Below, in pieces: positions 57,220-64,000 of a stretch of DNA of 64,000 nucleotides. The notes under the pieces are model-generated. The model made no database searches. It was given only the letters and a program-made list of their open reading frames with translations, and had not been told where the DNA came from. The translations under genes and the position numbers were made by a program. The DNA lies in the NCBI GenBank assembly GCA_045863395.1, contig BTVJ01000008.1, positions 32,001-96,000 of the forward strand. Reading direction: 5' to 3'. The first letter of the stretch is position 1. Each line of letters starts with the position of its first letter. The stretch is from Myxococcales bacterium. GTDB lineage: Bacteria; Myxococcota_A; UBA9042; JABWCM01; BTVJ01.

Positions 57220-57726
57220 ATGGAGCCGAGCGACGGCAAGGTGTTGGTGCAGGCCCTGGAGAGCCATGGCTTCACGTTTGCGGCGGGGGTCCCGTGCAAG
57301 TCGCTGCGTGGCGCCCTGAAGCACGTGGAGTCCGGCGGCGGGGGGACCCCGATGACCTGGCTTGCCGCGGTCTGCGAGCCCACCGCGGTGGGGGCCGCGA
57401 CGGGGGCCATGCTCGGCGGGGGACGCTCCGTGGTGTTCATGTCCGCGGCGGGCCTCGGGCGCAGCCTGACGGCCCTCTGGTCCCTGTCGCGGGCAGCGGA
57501 GCTCCCGCTGCTCCTCGTGATCGCCACCGACGGCGATGCCCACCAGGCGCTGCCTCAGGAGCACGATCTCGGCGCGACGACCGGCGCGCTCCTCGACGTG
57601 CTGGGGGCGGGCGCCGTGCACCTGCGGGCGGGGAGCATCCCCGCTCAGGTGGCCGAGGCGCTGTCGCAGATGGAGTCCACCCGGCGCCCGGTGGCGCTGC
57701 TCGCCGCAGGGGGGGTGCTGGCATGA
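57220..57726 (+). CDS. Phosphonopyruvate/sulfopyruvate decarboxylase alpha subunit (Ppd N-terminal half / ComD-like)
   Basis: AGGAGG RBS; FAAGVPC, EPTAVGAATGAMLGG, GLG, LPLLLVI. Confidence 0.72.
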   Translation: MEPSDGKVLVQALESHGFTFAAGVPCKSLRGALKHVESGGGGTPMTWLAAVCEPTAVGAATGAMLGGGRSVVFMSAAGLGRSLTALWSLSRAAELPLLLVIATDGDAHQALPQEHDLGATTGALLDVLGAGAVHLRAGSIPAQVAEALSQMESTRRPVALLAAGGVLA

Positions 57727-58310
57727 AGCGCATCGAGGCCATCCGTCGCATCGCCGCCCTGATTCCCCCCGATGCGCTGGTCGTCGCCAGCACGGGGCGG
57801 GTAGGCCGCATGCTCTGCGCCGAGGGCGACGCCGACTCCCGCTTCTACCTCCTCGGGGGCTCGGGTCTCGCCGGCGCCGTGGGCCTGGGCCTTGCGCTCC
57901 AGCGCCCCGAGCGCACCGTGGTCGTCCTCGACGGGGACTCCAGCACCCTCATGAACCTCGGTGGCATGGCCAACGTGGCCGAGCGTGGGCCCGAGGGCTA
58001 CTTCCACATCGTCATCGACAACGGCGTCTACGGCGCCACGGGCGGGCAGCGGACCATCTCCGACGAAGTCGCTCTCGAGGAGATCGCCTGGGCCTGCGGC
58101 TACACGCGGGCCGAGCGCGTGGACGAGCCGGACGCCCTGGCTGCGACCCTGGGCGCGCTGTTCGACGAGCCGGGCCCGGCCATGCTGCTCGTCGAGGTCG
58201 AGCCCGAGGACGCCCCCGGTGACGTCCCGCGCATCCCTCACTCACCGGCGGCGCTCGCGGTGCGCTTCCGGGCGGCGGCGGCTCGCGAGGAGACCGCCGC
58301 CACCTCCTGA
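57723..58310 (+). CDS. Phosphonopyruvate/sulfopyruvate decarboxylase beta subunit (ThDP-binding)
   Basis: MKRIEAI, STG, GLGLAL..VVLDGDSSTLMNLG..IDNGVYGATGGQRT ThDP motif; ATGA overlap. Confidence 0.82.
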   Translation: MKRIEAIRRIAALIPPDALVVASTGRVGRMLCAEGDADSRFYLLGGSGLAGAVGLGLALQRPERTVVVLDGDSSTLMNLGGMANVAERGPEGYFHIVIDNGVYGATGGQRTISDEVALEEIAWACGYTRAERVDEPDALAATLGALFDEPGPAMLLVEVEPEDAPGDVPRIPHSPAALAVRFRAAAAREETAATS

Positions 58311-58333
58311 CCCCCGCTTCGGAGTCGAGACCC

Positions 58334-59062
58334 ATGGAAGCCGTGATCCTGGCAGCCGGCGTCGCCCGGCGTCTGCGCCCGTACATGGACGACCAGCCCA
58401 AGTGCCTGCTGATGTTCGACGGGCGCTCTCTCCTTGAGCGGCACCTGACCTTGCTGCGCGAGCTGGGCGTCGAGCGCGTGACCATCGTCACGGGCCACCT
58501 GGCGGAGCTCATCGAGGGGCCGTTCCGCGACTTCCCCGGGCTTGCGGTCCGCTTCGTGCGCAACGAGCGGTACACGGAGGGCAGCATCCTCTCCATGCGC
58601 GTGGGACTGGACGGGATCGACCGCGACGCCCTGCTGATGGACGCCGACGTGCTGTACGAGCGCGAGGTGCTGGCGCGGCTGGTCGCGGCGCGAGGTTCGT
58701 GCTTCCTGCTCGACGAGACCGCGGACGAGACCGGCGAGGAGATGATGCTCGGAGCGCGGGACGGGCTGGTGCGGACCATCGCGCGGCGCGTGGGCGACGG
58801 CTGGGACGAGCGCGGCGAGGGCGTCGGCTTCTTCCGCGTGGCAGGCGAACAGATCCCCGCGCTGCTCCAGGCGACCGACGCGCTCCTCGCCGAGGGCCAT
58901 AGCCGCGTCGAGTACGAGGCGGCCATCGACGTGTTCCTGAAGGACCACCCCGCGGGCTACGTGAAGGTGGGCGACCTGGCGTGGACGGAGATCGACTTCC
59001 CAGAGGACGTCCAGAAGGCCGAGGTCCACATCCTGCCGGTGATCCGCGGGCAAGAGCGCTGA
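58334..59062 (+). CDS. Phosphocholine/phosphonate cytidylyltransferase-family (LicC/PntC-like) NTP transferase
   Basis: ILAAGVARRL..QPKCLL, VTGH, MDADVLY, GEGVGF, WTEIDFPEDV. Confidence 0.85.
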   Translation: MEAVILAAGVARRLRPYMDDQPKCLLMFDGRSLLERHLTLLRELGVERVTIVTGHLAELIEGPFRDFPGLAVRFVRNERYTEGSILSMRVGLDGIDRDALLMDADVLYEREVLARLVAARGSCFLLDETADETGEEMMLGARDGLVRTIARRVGDGWDERGEGVGFFRVAGEQIPALLQATDALLAEGHSRVEYEAAIDVFLKDHPAGYVKVGDLAWTEIDFPEDVQKAEVHILPVIRGQER

Positions 59063-59285
59063 CCTCGGTCTGGCCTTGGCCCCGCTGGACTGACTGGGGG
59101 TCTCCCGCCTGCCGCTTGAAGAGTCGCGGGGCGCGGTTCGGTGCTGTGCGGCGAGAGCGCCCGTGGCCTCGGGGGCCGATGTGGCGATGCACATGCGCCA
59201 CTCCCGACGTCATGAGGTCGACTTGACACGCGGCCCTTGCTCTGGGACGCTGAGCCCGCTCACCCAACACCCCTGGAGTTCGACG

Positions 59286-59648
59286 ATGCCGCGCGCTTCC
59301 TGGATCTGTGCCCTGTTCCTGCTGCTCGCCCCCGCCGTCGCCCTCGGCGACGTGATCTCCGAAGACGTCGCCGCCTGTCAGGACAAGAAGAAGGGCGAGG
59401 CTTGTACCGACGGGAGCACGAAGGGTACATGCGAAGACTCCGAGTGCTGCCGCCTCGACTACAGTACGCGCAAGGGGAGCGAGCCCCCCCAGACCGTGTG
59501 CCGGCCCTGCCTGAAGTGCACGCCCAAGGCGGCGCCCGCTCCCGACGCGCCGAAGAAGGGCTGCTCCGCCGCCGGTCTGAGCCTCACGGGCGGCCTCAGC
59601 CTGCTGGCCGGCGCCCTCCTGCTGCTCAGGCTGCGCCGGCGCGCATGA
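59286..59648 (+). CDS. Small secreted Cys-rich protein with MYXO-CTERM tail
   Basis: Signal peptide; ACQDKKKGEAC..GTC..CC..C..C..C; KKGCSAAG-hydrophobic-RLRRRA. Confidence 0.8.
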   Translation: MPRASWICALFLLLAPAVALGDVISEDVAACQDKKKGEACTDGSTKGTCEDSECCRLDYSTRKGSEPPQTVCRPCLKCTPKAAPAPDAPKKGCSAAGLSLTGGLSLLAGALLLLRLRRRA

Positions 59649-60751
59649 CCTCATCAGCAGTGTCGCCCGCGGGCGCGGCGTCCAGGCGGTGGCCGACCTT
59701 GGCTGGCCCCACCGCATGGAGTCCCTGTGGTCGCCTGCTGGCGGGCACCGTTCTGGCGGCGCTGGCTGCCACCGCCGCTCCTCTGCTCACCTACGGCACG
59801 TCGCTCGCTCTGTTCGGCCTCGCCCACGTCCTCGTGGAGCTGCGCTATGTGGACCAGCGCTTCGGAGCCCGCGTGCAGGCCCGCCTGCGGGGCGTCTTGC
59901 TGCTGCTCCTGGCGGGGGTGGTCGGGGCGCGCGCCGCGCGAGTCTCCGGCCTGCTCGACCCAGGCATCGCCATGCTTGCCGAGGTTGGCCTCGCCGCCGC
60001 CCTGGCGGCCGCGGTGGTGCCTGCCCTCGCGCGAGGGGGGCGGCTGCCTCCCCTCGTCGCGGGCCTCGTGGCGCTCGCCCTCGGCGCTGCGACCCTGATC
60101 GCTCCCGAGGCAGCCCTGCTCGCCGTGGCGGTCCTCCACAACCTGACGCCCCTCGGGTTCCTGGCAGAGGCCCTCCCACGCCCGGCCCGGCGCCCGCTGG
60201 TCCTCGCCTCTGCCGCCCTGGTCGGCCTCCCGCTGCTCGTGGCGACGGGCCTCCCGTTCCGAGCGCTTGCGGGCGTGGGTCTGGTCGCGCCGGAGGCCAC
60301 GATCCTGCCGACGGGGCCCCTGGCGGACCAGTTCTCTGCCTACCTCCCGCCGTCGCTGCACCTCTCGACGTGGGCGCTCCACGCCTTCTCCGGCGCGGTC
60401 GTCGCCCAGTGCGCCCACTATGGGGCCGTGCTCCACGTGCTGCCGCGCCTCCCCCTCCCCGCCGGGACGGCCCCGACCGTAGTGCCCTGGCCCGCCGCCC
60501 GCCCCTTCCTCCTGGGCGTGGCTGCCCTGAGCGCGGCGCTGCTGGTCGGGTTCTTCCTGGATTTTCGTCAGGTGCGGCAGATCTACGGCGTGGCCGCTGC
60601 CCTGCACGCCTGGATCGAGCTGCCGATTCTGCTGCTCGCTCTGTCTGCCTACAGCCTCACGAGGACGAGCCCCACCGCGAATGACGCCGCGTTGGCCATG
60701 ACGGACGCCAGCGCGGCCCGCGGGGCGCCGAGCGGCACGAGGCGCCCGTAG
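59645..60751 (+). CDS. Polytopic membrane protein with four spaced His motifs
   Basis: ATGA overlap; about 9-10 TMs; FGLAHVLVELRY, LHNLTP, QCAHY, LHAWIELP. Confidence 0.7.
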   Translation: MTSSAVSPAGAASRRWPTLAGPTAWSPCGRLLAGTVLAALAATAAPLLTYGTSLALFGLAHVLVELRYVDQRFGARVQARLRGVLLLLLAGVVGARAARVSGLLDPGIAMLAEVGLAAALAAAVVPALARGGRLPPLVAGLVALALGAATLIAPEAALLAVAVLHNLTPLGFLAEALPRPARRPLVLASAALVGLPLLVATGLPFRALAGVGLVAPEATILPTGPLADQFSAYLPPSLHLSTWALHAFSGAVVAQCAHYGAVLHVLPRLPLPAGTAPTVVPWPAARPFLLGVAALSAALLVGFFLDFRQVRQIYGVAAALHAWIELPILLLALSAYSLTRTSPTANDAALAMTDASAARGAPSGTRRP

Positions 60752-60975
60752 ATCACGGCCTCGGCCACCACCACGGACGCCTCGATGAGCGCCGCCCGGG
60801 GCGCGAAGGGGAGGGGAATCCACCCGTTGGCCAGCCAGGCGAAGGGGTGGGTGACCAACGTGGCTGCGACAGCGATCAGGGCGAGGCGCACGGCGGAACA
60901 CGCGCGGCGCGCGACGGCGAGCACGACGGGCACCTCGACGACCAGGGACAACGCCAGCGCCTCAGCCTGCGTCAT
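60649..60975 (-). CDS. Small (108 aa) hydrophobic membrane protein
   Basis: 3-4 TMs with embedded polar residues (VVEVP, THP..W, IEASVVVAEA, ANAAS); overlaps the convergent gene by 103 bp. Confidence 0.65.
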   Translation of the reverse strand: MTQAEALALSLVVEVPVVLAVARRACSAVRLALIAVAATLVTHPFAWLANGWIPLPFAPRAALIEASVVVAEAVIYGRLVPLGAPRAALASVMANAASFAVGLVLVRL

Positions 60976-61020
60976 GGGATTCCCTGGGCGGCATGGGGTC
61001 GTGCAGCTGTATTCAAGGGG

Positions 61021-61089
61021 GAGATGTAGATGCCCCTCGCAGGGACGTAAGCGGGGGGGGGACGCTCACATCTCACTGCGAGGGGCGAT
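61021..61089 (-). ncRNA. Candidate structured RNA / 5' leader: long hairpin with C-rich loop
   Basis: Minus strand GCCCCTCGCAG TGA GATGTGAGCG TCCCCCCCC CGCTTACGTC C CTGCGAGGGGC; G-U pairs form only on the minus strand; starts just downstream of a promoter. Confidence 0.45.
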
Positions 61090-61093
61090 GTGC

Positions 61094-61123
61094 ACTGTAG
61101 GCTCCACCCGATACCCGAGTCAA
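61094..61123 (-). promoter_or_regulatory. Sigma70-type promoter
   Basis: Minus strand TTGACT-N18-TACAGT. Confidence 0.55.
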
Positions 61124-61157
61124 GGAGAATCTCGGCACCTGCTTCCCCCCTCGGAGG

Positions 61158-61913
61158 CTACGGGCAGCCGCAGTCGTCCGCGTTGTCGGACGTGAGGAGG
61201 CTCGGGTCGGAGAGCTTGGGGCACGCCCCCACCGGCGGCGATGCCCACGCCGCACACAGGGCTTCGCAGTCCAGGGACTTGGCCACGGCGCACTTCTTGG
61301 TCTCGGGGTCGCATACGGGCGTCAGGGTCTCCAGCACGTGGCAGTCGTCGCAGGCAGGAGGGTCCACGGGGTCGCAGGGGTCCGACGGGTCGCAGTTCTG
61401 CGCGATCCACCCGATGATCTGGTCCTGGTCCGACTGGCTGCCCACCTCCGGCTCCCCGCCGCAGGGGTCCTGCTCCGCGGGGCAGCAGGACTTGTCCGTC
61501 AGAAGCTGGCACTCGTCGTCCGTCTCGCACGCCCCAGGCTCTTCGGTGTCGACCTCCTCCCGGATGTCCTCGGCTGTGTCGCTCGTGTCGCCCCCGACGT
61601 CCGGCGCTGCGGCGTCCACCCCGGCCGCATCGGTCCCGCCGATGTCGGGCAGGCTCCCGGTGTCCGAAGCATCAGCCCCGCCTGCGTCTGCCGTCCCGCC
61701 GGTGTCAGTCCCCGCGACGTCCAGCGTGGGTCCAGCGTCAGCCTCCACGCCATCGGTCGCGCCCGATCCGCCCGTGCTGTCCGTAGGGTCCGCGTCGACC
61801 ACGTCGGCCCCGGTCGCGTCCTTTGCGCCGCCACCGCCGCCTGGCGGCCCCGATGCCCCACCGCCACCACACGCTGCCAACACTGCGAGGGCGAGGATCC
61901 AGGCTCTGCTCAT
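61158..61913 (-). CDS. Lipoprotein with acidic D/G/A/T linker and Cys-rich C-terminal domain
   Basis: Lipobox LAAC-GGGG; low-complexity stalk; CETDDEC..CCP..C domain. Confidence 0.75.
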   Translation of the reverse strand: MSRAWILALAVLAACGGGGASGPPGGGGGAKDATGADVVDADPTDSTGGSGATDGVEADAGPTLDVAGTDTGGTADAGGADASDTGSLPDIGGTDAAGVDAAAPDVGGDTSDTAEDIREEVDTEEPGACETDDECQLLTDKSCCPAEQDPCGGEPEVGSQSDQDQIIGWIAQNCDPSDPCDPVDPPACDDCHVLETLTPVCDPETKKCAVAKSLDCEALCAAWASPPVGACPKLSDPSLLTSDNADDCGCP

Positions 61914-61924
61914 CGTCGCCCCCG

Positions 61925-64000
61925 TCACAGCTTCGAGACCTTCAGCGAGCACCCCTGCGGCGTGCTCGCCTCCATCACCACGTACCACGTGCCGGTCTCC
62001 TTGATCTTCGTTGCCGGCAGGAACACGCCCTTGACGGGTTCGCTGATCACCTCGGAGAGGACCACGGCGCCGGCGGGGTCGAGGACCTTCACCTTGTACG
62101 AGGGCTCCAGGGACTGGGCCTTCAGGGTGAGCTGATACGACGCCCCCGCCACCAGCTCGTAGCTCAGCACGTCGGGATCGCTCTCGCAGACCAACAGGTC
62201 GTAGGTGTCACCCAGCGTCCCCGGCGCCGCGTCCATCGGGGTGTCGTTCGGCTCCAGCGGGTCGTCGCCCTCGCAGTCCGGCACGTCGGGAGCTCCGACC
62301 ATCAGCGTGTAGGAGATGTCCTTGGTCCCCGTGATCAGGAGCAGGTAGTCCCCCTCCTTCCACCACTTGGGCACCTTGAGGTGGAGGGCCGTGCCCACCT
62401 TGCCCACCGCGTCACCCTTGGCGAGCAGCGTGATGCCCTTCGGGTCGTAGAGGTTGAGCACGAGCTTGCCCTTCTTCCCGGAGTAGGACAGCTTGACGTC
62501 CAGCAGGTCTCCGGGTGCGAGGTGGACGCCATACCAGTCGGCGGGATCGGGCTGGCAGAGCGCGCCCACGATGGCGCCCTCGTCAGCGGCCAGCGCCACG
62601 GCGTCAGCCGGGGTGTCGTTGTCCTCGGACTCCTCCTCCTCGCAGGGGATGTCCTGGAGCTCCATGGTCAGGATGTAGGGCGTGATCGGGAACGGGTCCG
62701 TCGCCGCGATGCGGTCCACGCGGAACAGGATGGAGGGCAGGCCCTCCGGGTCATGGGCGACGAGCTCATGGGCCGCCACGCCGCCGTTGACCTCCGGCAG
62801 CGCCACCTCGTCGATGACCGTCGGGTCCGCGTCGTCGGTCAAGGCGGACAGGCCCAGCACGCCCGACGCCACCGACCACGCGATGGTCACCCGCGCCTGC
62901 TTGCCCGGGGGCAGCTCGACGCGGAACCAGTCCACGTCCCCGGTGCACAGGGTCAGGTCGTCCTGGAGGCCCTCCTTGAGGGGCTTGGCCTTCGAGAACA
63001 CGTCATTGGGCTCGTAGGGGTCCGGGTCGCAGAAGCCCGTGTCCTTCGCGTCGATCTTGATCGTGTAGCTCGTAGAGAACGCGCCCGAGTCGCCCCGCAC
63101 CCGCACGTACCAGTCGCCGGACTTGACGCCCTTGAGGTCCAGGATGCCTTGGCCGCCGCTCCCTGCAGCGATCTTCGGCTCGACGGCCGGGTCCTCGGAG
63201 ACCAGCGCCAGCTCCAGCTCCCCCGGCCCGATGGGCCAGCTCGCGGCGACCAGCAGGTCGAAGGAGGTCGACTTCTTGAGCTTGAACCAGTCCTCGTCGC
63301 CGGGGCAGATGGCGAGGCCCCCCGACTCGAACGTGTTGCCGCTCAGGAGGGAGGCCGTCGCCTTCGTGTCGTTGGACCCGGGGGAGTCGAAGCTGTCGTT
63401 GATGCACAGGTTCTTCGGCGAGAGCCAGATGCGGAGCTGGTAGCTCGACACGACGCCGGCCACATGGCGGATGTGCAGCAGGAACGCGGACTTGACCGCC
63501 TGCTTGCCGACGCCGACCACGGCGAACGGGGCGTCCCGCTCGTCCTTGCCGACGACGGCGCCGTCGGGCCAGTGGCGCAGCTCCGCGTCGAGCTGCCCCC
63601 ACGAGTCGTCGAAGTCCAGGCGCACGAGGAGCGCGAAGTCGGCCGGGACCTCCACGCGGTACCAGTCGTCGTCCACCTGATCGATGGTGAGCTGCTGGAA
63701 CTCCCCCGCGATGATCACCGAAGCCGACTCGGCCGTGTCGTTCGGCTCGAAGGTGTCGGGGGCCGCGGACGGGGCCCCGCAGGTCTGGCCAAGGCAAGAG
63801 AGGCCGGAGAGGCAGTCCCCGTCCACCTGGCAGGAGGCTGGGCCCTGGCAGGCGTTGGAGGCGCACCCGATGGCCTGCTCCGGGCAGTCCGCGGTGGTGG
63901 TGCACTCGACGCACTGGCCGCCCACGCAGCGCCGCCCACCGGCGCAGCCGCCGTCGTTGGCACAGGGGTAGAGGTCCACGCACTTGCCGACGTCAACCTT
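61925..64000 (-). CDS. Extracellular protein with Cys-rich repeats followed by multiple PPC-like (pre-peptidase C-terminal) domains; 5' end outside the window
   Basis: Frame open to the window edge; repeated DxxEPND..A / CxxDxDW(F/Y) units (about 5). Confidence 0.8.
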   Translation of the reverse strand, partial: KVDVGKCVDLYPCANDGGCAGGRRCVGGQCVECTTTADCPEQAIGCASNACQGPASCQVDGDCLSGLSCLGQTCGAPSAAPDTFEPNDTAESASVIIAGEFQQLTIDQVDDDWYRVEVPADFALLVRLDFDDSWGQLDAELRHWPDGAVVGKDERDAPFAVVGVGKQAVKSAFLLHIRHVAGVVSSYQLRIWLSPKNLCINDSFDSPGSNDTKATASLLSGNTFESGGLAICPGDEDWFKLKKSTSFDLLVAASWPIGPGELELALVSEDPAVEPKIAAGSGGQGILDLKGVKSGDWYVRVRGDSGAFSTSYTIKIDAKDTGFCDPDPYEPNDVFSKAKPLKEGLQDDLTLCTGDVDWFRVELPPGKQARVTIAWSVASGVLGLSALTDDADPTVIDEVALPEVNGGVAAHELVAHDPEGLPSILFRVDRIAATDPFPITPYILTMELQDIPCEEEESEDNDTPADAVALAADEGAIVGALCQPDPADWYGVHLAPGDLLDVKLSYSGKKGKLVLNLYDPKGITLLAKGDAVGKVGTALHLKVPKWWKEGDYLLLITGTKDISYTLMVGAPDVPDCEGDDPLEPNDTPMDAAPGTLGDTYDLLVCESDPDVLSYELVAGASYQLTLKAQSLEPSYKVKVLDPAGAVVLSEVISEPVKGVFLPATKIKETGTWYVVMEASTPQGCSLKVSKL

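Noticed and set aside
59223..59241. TTGACACGCGGCCCTTGCT as a sigma54 promoter
   Set aside because: Lacks the invariant GG and the spacing to GC is wrong; no convincing -10 for a sigma70 reading either.

Overview
Very GC-rich (roughly 70%+ by eye), gene-dense chromosomal segment. MYXO-CTERM tails, an MXAN_5187-type C-terminal domain, Hanks kinases, PEGA/TPR proteins and long Cys-rich repeat lipoproteins point to a Myxococcota/deltaproteobacterial organism (inference). It carries housekeeping genes (metG, apt, surE, polA, mutS2, IHF/HU, ftsB, tRNA-Arg(CCT), lutABC) mixed with many cell-surface genes. I see no integrase, transposase, prophage or CRISPR array. Best leads: (1) a phosphonate locus whose PEP mutase-nucleotidyltransferase fusion has a non-canonical catalytic loop (EDNVFPKRCS), with a divergent split decarboxylase and a second cytidylyltransferase, between a GT-C/TPR operon and a MYXO-CTERM protein; (2) a translationally coupled MYXO-CTERM protein / Ser-Thr kinase / TPR-beta-barrel module; (3) a steroid 5-alpha-reductase coupled to an extended SDR; (4) a promoter-linked long hairpin RNA with a C-rich loop near 61.0 kb; (5) two sigma54 promoters, one before amt (NifA-like activator, palindromic site, IHF site) and one before an orphan FliA-like sigma factor; (6) apparent pseudoenzyme fusions (kinase-dead cyclase, FmdE-MobB); (7) a fibre-like adhesin coupled to a C39 peptidase. 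All family assignments come from motif recognition by eye; no searches were run, and start codons were chosen from RBS and overlap evidence.
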